Shown here in pieces: positions 1-10,458 of a stretch of 20,000 nt of DNA. The translations under genes and the position numbers were made by a program. The notes beneath the pieces were generated by a model that was given only the letters and a program-made list of their open reading frames with translations, did not search any database and was not told the DNA's origin. Position 1 is the stretch's first letter; each line of letters starts with the position of its first letter. Source of the DNA: Chiloscyllium plagiosum (taxonomy: Eukaryota); the NCBI RefSeq assembly GCF_004010195.1, contig NC_057720.1, positions 25,272,407 to 25,292,406 of the forward strand, written 5' to 3'.

Positions 1-229
1 GTGCCGTGCTGTGAATGCACCGAAATCTCTCTGTCGTTCTGCACATGCGCAAGGTGAGCTCAGGTCTTCATGACGTTCTGCGCATGTGCCGAAGCCAGCT
101 GCCGATAGAGCAGCTTTCTATGAGAGGTACCGTACAGAGAGTGGCTTTCTTACATATTTAAAATTTATTATTAAATTTGCTTTTGTTCTCTGATTGAATA
201 TGATTTCAACCTTCATTCAGGCTGTGCTA

Positions 230-400
230 TTCTGTGCGTTAGACTTTTGGGTGATTTTTGAGCAATCCTGAGTGACATTTTTTGCTGGTCTGCCCTTAAC
301 CTCACCTTTCCCATAGGCTCCATTATTTCTATGAAGTGATTTTCTGTTAAGTGAGATTTCACTAGAACGCAACTACAGCATTATAGGAGAACTACATGTA
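230..400. mobile_element. Right end of a Tc1/mariner (Tigger/pogo-like) non-autonomous DNA transposon
   Basis: Ends in gaacgcaactacagcattataggagaactacatg|TA, resembling the terminal inverted repeat (TIR) ends of the MITEs at 7259-7478 and 7756-7976. The left boundary is uncertain. Confidence 0.45.
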
Positions 401-1446
401 CAGGTGTCGCTAATAAGGTCTTAGCGTTTTGGGTAGGGTTAAGAAAATTTAAGGAAACATACTTAAGCGTGTTAGCAAGCTACAATCCAGAGTTTTATAT
501 TGTGCAATTACTAAGCTGTGCACCTTACAAATTGCAAGGCTTTCTCGTTTATTTGCGTTTCACTTAAAAAAAGTTTAATATTTGCCAGAAGACTTAAAAT
601 ATCTTCAGTCAAATGGAAATTAATAGTACTTATAAATACAATTAGTCTACATTTTGCACCATGTACTATACCTTGCATTCATCTGTGTTAGAGACCCTTA
701 GAGACTTGTGATTTTTGTCCATAAAATGTGTACCAGCATTCAAAATTGGATGCTGCAAAGAGAACAAAACTCGGAACTAAATGATCTATATCTGAATGGA
801 CAGAGCATTCATAACAAAGTAAATCAATTGATAACATATGTTGAAGTGAATAAATACAGTCCGATAGTACATTGGCTGCAAAATGACCAGGATTGAGTTC
901 TGAATATTCTGAGGTATGTGACATTCAAGAAGAATAGGTGGTTAGGCAAAGGGGTAGCTTTTATAATGAAAATTGGTATAAACATTAGATATGATCTTCA
1001 TTGAGGAGAACAGGTTGAGGAATTTGTTTGGATAGTGACGAAGTTAGTAGGGAAAAGATTGAGAGTGTGATCCACAGCACCCACCCCCCCACCCCCCCAC
1101 CCACTCACGAACAGGTTGACACAATATAGAAATTATACAAGAGAACAAATTAGGTGTTTGTAATAAAGGGACTGCAATAATCATGGGTGATTTTAATCCA
1201 TATGTAAACCAACAAAATCATACTGGTAGTAGTAGCTTGAACAAAAAATTCATAGAATGCTTTTGTGAGAATTTTTTATAGCAATGGTTATACTCGTCTT
1301 GGTATTGTACACCGTTACAGGATTAATTAATGACCTCAAAGTGAAGACTGTTGGTAGCAGCAATTATGATAACAATACGATTGAACTTTACGTCCAATTT
1401 GAAAGCGAGAAGAGTGGATCCAAGACTGGTATTCTAAAGTAAATAA

Positions 1447-2188
1447 GGCCACTGTTGGAATATTGCATGCAATTCTGGTCTCCTTCCTATCGGAAAGATG
1501 TTGTGATACTTGAAAGGGTTCAGATTAGATTAGATTAGATTACAGTGTGGAAACAGGCCCTTCGGCCCAACTCTTATTTGTCCACACCGACCCGCCGAAG
1601 CGAAACCCACCCATACCCCTACATTTACCCCTTACCTAACACTATGGGCAATTTAGTATGGCCAATTCACCTGACCCTGCACATCTTTGGACTGTGGGAG
1701 GAAACCGGAGCACCAGAAAAGATTTACAAGGATGTTGCCAGGTTTGGAGGATTTGAGCTATAGGGAGAGGCTGAACAGGCTGGGGCTGTTTTCCCTGGAG
1801 TGTCGGAAGCTGAGGTGTTACCTTATAGAGGTTTACAAAATTATGAGGGGCATGGATAGGATAAATAGACAAAGTCTTTTCCCTGTGGTCAGGAAGTCCA
1901 GAACTAGAGGGCATAGGTTCAGGGTGAGAGGGGAAAGATATGAAAAAGCCCTAAGGAGCAACTTTTTCACGCAGAGGGTGGTACGTGTATGGAATGAGCT
2001 GCTACAGGATGTGGTAGAGGTTGCTACAATTGCAACATTTAAGAGGCATTTGGATGGGTATATGAATAGGAAGGGTTTGGAGGGATATGGGCCGGGTGCT
2101 GGCAGGTGGGACTAGATTGGGTTGGGATATCTGGTCGGGTTGGACAGAAGGGTCTGTTTCCATGCTGTACATCTCTATGACTATGACT
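1447..2188 (+). mobile_element. Young 5'-truncated CR1 LINE 3' fragment (HER1-like)
   Basis: RPLLEYCMQFWSP…QKRFTRMLPGLEDLSYRERLNRLGLFSLE…NFFTQRVVRVWNEL (ORF 1687..2115), with a (CTATGACT)-type tail at 2174-2188. Interrupted by a SINE. Confidence 0.9.
1522..1714 (-). mobile_element. V-SINE (HE1-like), 5'-truncated, inserted in CR1
   Basis: The minus strand reads ggtgctccggtttcctcccacagtccaaagatgtgcagg (V-domain) and ends in a (TCTAA)n tail. CAGA is duplicated at 1521-1524 and 1714-1717. Homologous to 16033-16275. Confidence 0.8.
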
Positions 2189-2383
2189 CTGTGTGGGCGT
2201 GAAACCAGAGCTAGTTACTGTGAATTGGGATATTAGGCTAGGACATGCATTAGGAGAGAAACAATGGCAGATATTTAAAGAATGCCCATATTGCCAGTGT
2301 AAAAAATCCAAGGGGAGGACCAACCAAGGTATTAGAATTGTTCATCAAGGAAGTTATAACTGAGCTCTTAGACTGCAAGTAAT

Positions 2384-2476
2384 GTGATGAAGGGATTTTG
2401 CCCGAAACGTCGATTTTCCTGCTCCTTGGCTGCTGTCTGACCTGCTGTGCTTTTCCGGCACCACTCTGATCTAAAA
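2384..2476 (+). mobile_element. Penelope-like pseudo-LTR fragment with degenerate hammerhead motif
   Basis: 12-bp TSD ACTGCAAGTAAT (2372-2383 / 2477-2488). Core gTGATGA-A-GGGAttttGCCC-GAAACGTC. Homologous to 15759-15877 and 19533-19638. Confidence 0.75.
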
Positions 2477-2529
2477 ACTGCAAGTAATCTGGACAAGTCA
2501 GCATGGTTTGCTGAAAGATCAGTCATACG

Positions 2530-2999
2530 AGGTCAATTCCCAGAATGGCGAAACTATCTTATGCTGAAAGATTGGAGCGACTGGGCTTGTATACCCTTGA
2601 GTTTAGAAGGCTGAGAGGTGATCTGATTGAGAGGTATAAGATTATTAAATGATTGAACACTCTAGAGGCAGGAAGCATGTTTCCGCTGATGGGTGAGTCC
2701 CGAACCAGAGGACACAGTTTAAAAATAAGGGGTAGGCCACTTAGAACAGAGTTGAGGAGAAACTTCTTCACCCAGAGAGTGGTGGGTTTATGGAATGCTC
2801 TGCCCCAGAAGGCTATGGAGGCCAAGTTTCTGGATACTTTCAAGAAAGCATTGGATAGAGCTCTTAAGGATAATGGAGTCAATGGTTATGGGGATAAGGC
2901 AGGAACAGGATCCTGATTGAGGATGATCAGCCATGATAATAATGAATGGTGGTGCTGGCTCAAAGGGCAGAATGGCCTACTCCTGCATCTATTGTCTAT
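2530..2999 (+). mobile_element. CR1 LINE 3' fragment (second subfamily)
   Basis: LSYAERLERLGLYTLEFRRLRGDLIE…RTRGHSLKIRGRPLRTELRRNFFTQRVVGLWNALP (ORF 2653..2916) plus a 3' UTR. It sits between the SQHG and LTN motifs of the older LINE. Confidence 0.85.
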
Positions 3000-3584
3000 A
3001 CTTAACAAATTCATTGAAGTTCTATGAAGGAGTTACACGAGCTCTGGATAAATTGGAGCCTGAAGATGTACTATACGTGTATTTCCAGAGGGCATTTGAC
3101 AAGGTGCCACATAAAAGATTATTGTTTAAAATAGAAGCTCATGATGTAAGGGGTAACATTTTAGCATGGATAGAAGACAGATAATCAGACAGAAATGAAG
3201 AGCGGCTTCTGCAGGGTTCTATGCTAAGGCCACAACATTTTATAAATTTGTGACCATGTAGGGTGAGGTAAGCAAAAGCATGATAGCTAAATTCATAGCT
3301 AATACTAAGGTAGGCAGGAAAGTGAGAAGATATAAGGAGTTTTCAGACAGATTGAATAATAGACATAGGTTGAGCAAGTGGAGAAAAATCTGGCAGATGA
3401 AGAATAATGCAAGAAAATATGAAGTTTGCCTTAAGAATAGAAGTCAGTAGTATTTTCACGAAGAACAACTGTGGAATTCCACAGTGCAAAGGGATCTAGA
3501 CGTCCTCGTACACGATCTCAAGTTGGTCTGGAGGTAATGATTAAGAAGGTTACTTACAAGAGGAATTAAATTAGGAATCTTGGG

Positions 3585-4242
3585 TAGGGGATGGCCTTGT
3601 GGTCTTAGCAAAGTTATCATTGAGATGTACAGCATGGAAACAGACTGTTTGGTCCAACTCGTCCATACTGATCAGATATCCTAAATTAATCTAGTCCCAC
3701 TTGTGAGCATTTAGCCCTTATCCCTCTAAACCTTTCCTATTCATATACCTATCCAGATGCCTTTTAAATGTTGTCATTGTACCAACCTCCACCACTTCAT
3801 CTGGCTGCTCATTCCATACACACGCCACCACCTTCATGAAAAAGTTGTCTCTTAGGTCCCTTTTAAATCTTTCCCCTCTCACCCTAAATCTATGCCGTCT
3901 AGAATTAGATTCCCCTACCCTGGGGAAAATGAATTCAGAAACCTCGGTAAATATTCTGTCTTTGATACCTGCCATGGCAAATAGAATTTGAATTGAATAA
4001 TAATCTGGAAATTAGAGTATAATGATCATGAGACCATTGTTGATTGTTGGAAAAACCAATCTGGCTCATTAATGACCTTTTAGGGAAAGAAATCTGTCAT
4101 CCTTACCTGATCTGGTTATGTGTGCCTCCAGACCCATAGCAATGTGGTTGACTGTTAAGATGCCTTTGGACAATTAGGGATGGCCAATAAATCCTGGTAC
4201 AGCCAGTGATGCTCACATCCCATGAATAAATAAAGAAAAAAA
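3585..4242 (+). mobile_element. SINE-like element (family not assigned), interrupted by CR1
   Basis: Degenerate A-box-like head gatggccttgtgg (~3590), body 3931-4230, and tail …cacatcccatgaataaataaagaaaaaa. Recognised as a common shark repeat. Confidence 0.55.
3621..3930 (-). mobile_element. CR1 LINE 3' fragment
   Basis: Reverse-complement homologue of ~1875-2177. ORF 3718..3975 contains RHRFRVRGERFKRDLRDNFF…TFKRHLDRYMNRKGLEG. Confidence 0.88.
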
Positions 4243-4839
4243 CTTAAATTTTAGAGTATGGAAGTTAAGCTTCACTTGTACAGGGCATTGGTGAGACCAT
4301 ATCTCTCATTGTGTGCAGTTTTGATCTTGAGTTTTGGGTAGCAGTTTTGGTAAGGAAATGCCCACTGAAAGATGGTTCAGAGGAGGTTTATTAGATACCT
4401 AGAATGAGTGGGTTGTGCTGAAAGGAAAAATTGGTTAGCATGGGTGTGTTTCCCCTTGTGTTGAGAAGAGTGAGGAATGATTTGATTCAAGTTTGTAAAA
4501 ATTTGAATGATCTTGACAAGGTGGTTTCTCATGTGAGGGAGCCCCTAATTAGTCTATTGCTTTAAAATGAGGGGTTGCTCGTAAGGCAGTTGTGAAGGGA
4601 TTTTGGAACTCTGTTTCAGAATTTGGTGGAAGCATGGTTATAGCGAAGGTGGATAGATTCTTGTTAGGCAAGGGAATCAGCAGTTACTGGAATAGAAGGG
4701 AATGTGGAATTTGAAACTCAGTCATGACTTTATTGAACAACTTGGTTAGAGACCCAAAAACTGCAGATGCTGGAATCCAAAGTAGACAAGCAGGAGGCTG
4801 GAAGAACACAGCAAGCCAGGCAGCATCAGGAGGTGGAGA

Positions 4840-4874
4840 AGTTGACGTTTTGGGTGTAACCCTTCTTCAGGACT
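4840..4874 (-). ncRNA. Degenerate hammerhead motif (G12>A)
   Basis: AGUC-CUGAAGA-A-GGGU(UAC)ACCC-aAAA-CG-UC-aACU. Two G>A changes fall at CpG sites. Confidence 0.5.
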
Positions 4875-5055
4875 GGGGGTGGGTGTGGAGGGTGTGCACA
4901 CCTGAGGGAGGCAGACAACTTCTTCAAAGTGGCATTCTTTGAAGAGACTTTGCAGTGGAACAAACTTGGTTAGAGACAAAAAAAGCTTGTTAGAAGTGTC
5001 GACTTCCGCACAACCGAAACATCCTGAAGAAGGGTTACACTCAAAGCGTCGACTT

Positions 5056-5785
5056 AGAGTCATAGAGATGTACAGCATGGAAACAGACCCTTCGGTCCAA
5101 CCCGTCCATGCCGACCAGATATCCCAACCCAATCTAGTCCCACCTGCCAGCACCTGGCCCATATCCCTCCAAACCCTTCCTATTCATATACCCATCCAAA
5201 TGCCTCTTAAATGTTGCAATTGTACCAGCCTCCACCACATCCTCTGGCAGCTCATTCTATACACATACCATCCTCTGCGTGAAAAGGTTGCCCATTAGGT
5301 CTCTTTTATATCTTTCCCCTCTCACCCTAAACCTCNNNNNNNNNNNNNNNNNNNNNGGAAGGAGACCAGAATTGCATGCAATATTCCAACAGTGGCCTAA
5401 CCAATGTCCTGTACAGCCGCAACATGGCCTCCCAACTCCTGTACTCAATACTCAGACCAATAAAGTAAAACATGCCAAATGTCTTGTTCACTACCCTATC
5501 TACCTGCGACTCCACTTTCAAGGAGCTGTGAACCCGCACTCCAAGGTCTCTTTGTTCAGCAACACTCCCTGGGACCTTACCATTAAGTGTATAAGTCCTG
5601 CTAAGATTTGCTTTCCCAAAATGCAGCACCTCGCATTTATCTGAATTAAACTCCATCTGCCACTTCTCAGTCCATTGGCCCATCTGGTCCAGATCCTGTT
5701 GTAATCTGAGGTAACCCTCTTCATTGTCCACTACACCTTCGATTTTGGTGTCATCTGCAAACTTACTAACTGTACCCCTTATGCT
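5056..5785 (-). mobile_element. Young CR1 LINE 3' fragment containing RT C-terminal region
   Basis: ORF 5327..5935 contains VSKFADDTKI…QQDLDQMGQWTEKWQMEFNSDKCEVLHFG…RPLLEYCMQFWSP, with tail agagtcatagag at 5056. Closely similar to 1447-2188 in the opposite orientation. Confidence 0.92.
5336..5356. other. Assembly gap (21 N)
   Basis: Run of N inside the CR1 copy. Confidence 1.
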
Positions 5786-6555
5786 CTGCACTTCCTGTGC
5801 TGCCTGGCTTGTTGTGTTCTTCCAACCTCCTGCCTGTCTACTATATTGATCAACAAGCAGGCTCCAAGGTCCATGTGGCCTACTTCTACCTCTTCTTCTG
5901 CTCCTGATTAGCATGTTCATTTTTATGCTTGTCAAATGAACACGTTAACCCTTTAAAATGGTAGGGAAAGGCATTTAATTACTAATTCATCTTTCGGTCT
6001 GCTTCTTGAAGTGATTTTAATCTGCATCTGCATAATGTATCAAAGCTGGTTGCAACATGGATGTCAAAAATGCCAAAGCACTCTTGTTCATTTAAAAAAC
6101 TAAATACATCAGAGAAATACAGTGACCTGCAAGACTGCACTTATAGGAAATGCTAGACCCTTGTTTTAAAACTCTCCCTTAATAACAAATTAATAATGGA
6201 ATAGAATTTCAAATTGTAGTTTTTCTGCTTGTGAATTCTTATCCCTGTAGTAACAGTTAGCGGTCCATTAAATTTGTAGTTTTTGCAGCTTTGAGTGTCA
6301 CTCAAGCCCGTCTTTTACGATATTACAAATAACTACAGATGCAAAGTTCCATCTGTCATATCCTAAAATATGCCTATCCTTCTCCCCCTGCCTCTTGATC
6401 TCCAAAAGGGGAATGTATTAATGTAAAGCACATGAAAAAACACGAAGCTTTAATTTGCATTGAGAATGGATGTATTTTGTTTGAGAGGTCCTGGACCAAA
6501 CCATATCTGCATGAAAAATTAGCTAATTTCATTTTTCAAAACTTTTTTTTTTAAG

Positions 6556-7042
6556 ATTACGTTTCTATGTGATCATGACAAGCTGCCGGGAGTTGTTCCC
6601 AAGACTAACTGCTGATATGAGACGCTTTAAGAAATTACCACACACTCGTAAGGACTCTTTTGATTTCACAAGAGATTCCTCATTGTCAGAAAAATATGAA
6701 CCTGAACAGAGGGAGACTGACCCAGATGGCTGGGATGACTCTAGCGATTCCAGTGAGTTTTACTTGCACAGGAAACCATCGAAGATGGTTCCAGAACTAT
6801 TCTATTCCTCTCCACTCTTCCCTTTGTTGGCATCTGAGGTAGCAACAGCCCAAGAACAGATTACAATGATGGTTCAGCAAGCAAAGTCCCACTGTCGGCG
6901 TGATGTCCTCTGGCAACGCCTCTTTTTGGGAGAACATCTCTCTTCAGATAAACACAAAATGAGCAAGCTGTCCTTTGCGGAGCTGGAAGAGCTACTTGGA
7001 GCTGTGCATAGTAAATCAATTTCTGAAATTGACCCACAACTG
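6556..7042 (+). CDS. SZT2: SZT2 (KICSTOR complex subunit) internal coding exon, 4th from last
   Basis: Polypyrimidine tract plus AG (6554-6555) and donor GTGAGT at 7043. The exon starts with the last base of a split codon, then reads LRFYVIMTSCRELFPRLTADMRRFKK...LEELLGAVHSKSISEIDPQL. This matches recalled human SZT2 (…RELFPRLTADMRRF…; …AVHAKSIGDIDPQL). It overlaps ORF 6569..7096. Confidence 0.95.
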
Positions 7043-7258
7043 GTGAGTGACAGACAATTCTGCATTATAGTAAAATTAAATGATTATTTTCAGTGACAGC
7101 TGTATTGTGATAAAAACTTAATTCTATGAACATTTATGACTAGAGACTTAGGTACTTTGTCCAGATATCCTGACTTATTTATTGATACAGCAACTTTCTT
7201 TTAACTGGCACTCTCAATAAATTGGCAAAAATTTTGTACTTGAACAGATGTTTACTGT

Positions 7259-7478
7259 CAGTTGGTTCTGATATAATGCGATAGTTTGGTTCTCGTGTGA
7301 TCTCGCATTACAAGAAAATTGTGCAGTAGCTGCACCATTTAAACTAATGGGGCTGGAATTATGTTATGGCCAATACAGGTAAGGAAAGTTCTCGCTCTAC
7401 AAATAATGGTCTAAATTCTTCAATCGTGTTATAGCCAATTCGCTTTGAAGAAACACACGTTACAACAGAACTGACCTG
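7259..7478 (+). mobile_element. MITE, Tc1/mariner (Tigger/pogo-like), ~220 bp
   Basis: Degenerate TIRs cagttggttctgatataatgcg … cacgttacaacagaactgacctg, followed by TA. The strand is arbitrary. Confidence 0.65.
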
Positions 7479-7755
7479 TATTATCATGACCTCCATTATG
7501 CCCAAGTAGTCTGTTGAGGGTGGGAGTGAGCAGGCTCTCTGTCAGAAAGTTTTATTTACAGCAACATTTCATTATTACTTAAGTGATTGATGTTACAAAT
7601 AAAGTATAACAGTGATGTGTATATCCCTGCATTACATTTCTATTATTTAGTACATATGTTTGTGTTGATTGTGTGAACCTCTAGATCAACTGGAATATTT
7701 GATCAACCAGTACATTCCTGGTCCCATAGGTGCCACTTAATAAGTTTTCTGTACG

Positions 7756-7976
7756 CAGTTCGTTCCGCTATAACACGCGGTTCATTCAAATGAAATTTGC
7801 TGTAACACAATTAACGAATTGGGGACACCATTTCAAAAGTGCAAATTTTTAAAGCATGTATTGGTTATAATGCAATTCCTGCCCCATTAGTTTAAATGGT
7901 GCTGCTATTATGCGATTTTTCTTATAACACGGGATTGCACGAGAATGGAACTACCGCATTAGAGCAGAACTGATTG
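7756..7976 (-). mobile_element. MITE of a related family, in opposite orientation to 7259-7478
   Basis: TIRs cagttcgttccgctataacacg … cgcattagagcagaactgattg. The internal aattcctgccccattagtttaaatggtgc is the near-exact reverse complement of gcaccatttaaactaatggggctggaatt at ~7332-7360. Confidence 0.7.
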
Positions 7977-8504
7977 CATGTATTTGGTGGAACTCTATTG
8001 AATCAAATCTTAGCATTTCCAAAACTGAAGTCAATGCACCAGTACAATGGACATCTGTTTCATAGGAAATACTATAGGAATCCAGGACTTGCCTCTATAT
8101 CACTGGAGATACAGCTGAGTAAACAAAGGCAGATGGTGATTGTGTATTTCATAACCTCTCCACTGTATCCCTGACTAACATGAGTAGTGAAATTCCTGCT
8201 ATTATTGAGAATGAAACTGCAATATACAAAATAAAACTTTGATTGTTCAGCTTAAACAATGTGCTTTAATTCCAGAAATAGCACCAGTTCCAACTGCAGA
8301 CAGGCATCTGTGTAAATGTATTACATAGATTCAATCCTGATCATTTCACTGATTTCATTGATATGACTATTACACTTGTTTCTAATTGGACCTTTTGTAG
8401 ATTTGTTTCTCATGACTTCATTCACCATTGCCTAATGTTATGACTGTTCTTGTTATCCTGATACCTCTTGTCATTTGTCATTATTGTGCTTTGTCTTGCT
8501 CCAG

Positions 8505-8621
8505 GATTGCTTTCTGTCAATGAGTACCAGCTGGTATCAGAGTCTGATCAAGGTTTTACTCAACCGATTCTCTCAGAGTTGTCGACTGTTTGTAGATTCA
8601 GATAGAGGAACTCAGTACTTG
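8505..8621 (+). CDS. SZT2: SZT2 coding exon, 3rd from last (117 bp, phase 0/0)
   Basis: Acceptor ttgtcttgctccAG and donor GTAAGT at 8622. Translates to [39 protein letters not shown], in frame with the previous exon. Recalled human sequence: [27 protein letters not shown]…GTQYL. Not in the ORF track. Confidence 0.95.
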
Positions 8622-9186
8622 GTAAGTTAATAGCATATGTCTTTACAAATATATATCCACAGCCTGTTTTAGATTAAGGATGGTTCCATTTCCAGACATG
8701 TCAACAGTCTCGTTATTAAAACCTGAAGATCTCCTATGGCTTATCAACGTAATTTTCTTCTTTCTAGCATTTATCATTGGGAAAACTTGAGACATAAACT
8801 GCAGTTTTATTGGAGAGCTGATGTTGATATTTTTCAGGTTGAAAGCTGCATTTTTGAGTGTACCTTTGAGGGCAGTCAGAGTCATTGGCCTTCGTGATAA
8901 ATATATATCTACCAATATCTATAACTAAAGATGTTTCAAGAAGGTTGTAATTAGGAGATGGCTTCAAATAGTGCATGGGGAAAAGGGCCTGGTTAAGTCT
9001 TGTACCAATGTAGTTTTGGTGTGTGGAATAAGGAGGAATGAAATAATCAGCTCTGCATATCTAAATGTATAGATGGGTACTGGGTGTGGGAGTGGTTGGA
9101 GCTAATTCTGATCTTTTTGTTAGTTTTAGCTTGTGGCAGGTGGGGTTTGGATTTGGGAATTTCACTTAGGGCAGCATTGGTGGGAA

Positions 9187-10243
9187 TAAAAACAGAAAGT
9201 GCTCAAGAAACTCAGCAGGTCTGGCAGTATTTGTAAAGAGATCATAAGAAATAGGAATTGGAGTAGACCATTCAGCCCTACCAGCTTACTCCATCATTCG
9301 ATGGGTTCATGGGATCCATCATTCACAGTCATAGAGATGTAAAGCACAGAAACAGCCTCTTCAGTCCAATTCGTCCATACTGACCAGATATCCTAACCTA
9401 ATCTAGTCCCATTTGGCAGCATTTGGCCCATATCCCTCTAAACCCTTCCTATTCATATACCCATCCATATGTCTTTTAAATGTTGTAATTGTACCAGCCT
9501 CAATCACAACCTCTGGCAGCTTGTTCCATATACACACATCCATTCCTTGTATCTGCTGTCCTATATTTGTCTTGCAATCCTTCAATCCCGGACTGATCAA
9601 GAATCTATCTACCTCAGCCTTAAATATATACAAGGACTCTGTCTCCACAGTTGTCTGTGTCAAGAAATTCCAAAGACTGAGAACCCTCTGAGAAAAGAAA
9701 TTCCTTCTCATCTCAGCCTTAAATTGGTGCCCCTTTATTCTGAGACTATGCTGTCTAGCCCCTTCCATGAGGGGAAACATCTCTCAGCATCTACCCTGTC
9801 AAACCTTTAAGAATCCTATATATTTCAATGTGATCAGCTCTCATTCTTCTCTACTTCAAAACTCTACTTTATGAGTAGAGTCGCGATCTGTTTAGCCATT
9901 GCTCATAAGACAATCCCTCAATGCCAGGGATCATCTGAGTGAACTTTCTCTGAACTGCCTCCAATTAAGTGATATCTTTCCTTAAATAAGGGGACCAAAA
10001 CTGCTCTCACTACTGCAGTTGTGGTCTCACCAGCACCTTGTACAGTTGCTGTAAGACTTCCCTACTCATACTCCAATCCGTTGAAATAAAGACCAACATT
10101 CCATTAGCTTTTCTGATTACTTGCTGCTCCTGTGTGCTAGCTGTCTGTGTTTCGTGCACATGTACACCCCACTCCCATGCCAAGTCCCTTCTTATTGCAG
10201 CAATGGAAAGAGGGAATCAGAGTACAGGGACCCTTCATCAGAC
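9187..10243 (-). mobile_element. Old Penelope-like pLTR remnant (9187-9240 + ~10203-10243) split by CR1 insertion
   Basis: aaaacagaaagtgctcaagaaactcagcaggtctggcagtat resembles the gctggaaaagcgcagcaggtcaggcagcatc pLTR segment. The far piece has cccttcatcaga (minus strand TCTGATGAAGGG), but the GAAAC half is missing. Confidence 0.5.
9241..10200 (-). mobile_element. CR1 LINE 3' fragment with a younger CR1 3' end nested at ~9326-9540
   Basis: ORF 9403..9780 is a chimera of two CR1 C-termini (RRNFFSQRVLSLWNFL… and WNKLPEVVIEAGTITTFKRHMDGYMNRKGLEGYG). There are two tails, at 9241 and ~9327. Confidence 0.85.
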
Positions 10244-10458
10244 CCTTTGTTTCAGGTTTCCAGAATCTATAGTTTTTTTTATGTTATAGTATTGTAGGGA
10301 AGTTGGGAAATAACAGATGTATTTTGCCTCATAGATTATTTGCGAAGTTTGTCCAATCGTTTTGATATGAAATCATGAAATATGAGCCAATTTATTGTGG
10401 AAGTTCAGACAAAAGGGAGTAACAGTCTTATTCCAATTATACACTATGCAATCATACT

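Larger units (their letters stand above)
4742..5843 (-). mobile_element. Internally deleted Penelope-like element (second subfamily) with inverted pseudo-LTR, interrupted by CR1
   Basis: Imperfect TSD TATTGA(A/T)CAAC (4731-4741 / 5844-5854). Minus-strand pLTR at ~4742-4874 and an ORF-start remnant (ATG 4935-4933). The tail gaacaa(a)cttggttagagac is duplicated (~4735 and ~4958). The inverted + copy runs 5023-5055 and continues at 5786-5843. Confidence 0.7.
690..5905 (+). mobile_element. Old, decayed CR1-clade LINE ORF2 (APE endonuclease + RT + 3' end), split by nested insertions
   Basis: Collinear degenerate pieces: LYLNGQSIHNKVNQL…WLQNDQD (~785-893, endonuclease N-terminus), 2189-2383, SQHG (~2497), LTNSLKFYEGVT…FQRAFDKVPHKRLL (3000-3180), LYRALVRP (~4277-4300), and a 3' end split between ~4720-4741 and 5855-5905. 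Confidence 0.8.

Noticed and set aside
1..60. Donor-like AAG|GTGAGC at 53/54 with an open frame in a phase compatible with the 6556 exon (VPCCECTEISLSFCTCAR)
   Set aside because: I do not recognise the peptide as SZT2, and the region looks repeat-derived. The upstream exon is probably outside the window, but I cannot fully exclude this without an alignment.
35..89. Two decayed TGCGCATGCGCA (NRF1-like) palindromes forming a short inverted/direct repeat
   Set aside because: Both copies are CpG-decayed and intronic, with no CpG island. They are most likely part of a repeat rather than a promoter.
1078..1104. C-rich tract with minus-strand G-quadruplex potential
   Set aside because: It is a low-complexity expansion inside a dead LINE, with no evidence of function.
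7043..7096. C-terminal part of ORF 6569..7096 and N-terminal part of ORF 13287..13487
   Set aside because: These are read-through into introns beyond clear splice sites, and SZT2 similarity stops at the junctions.
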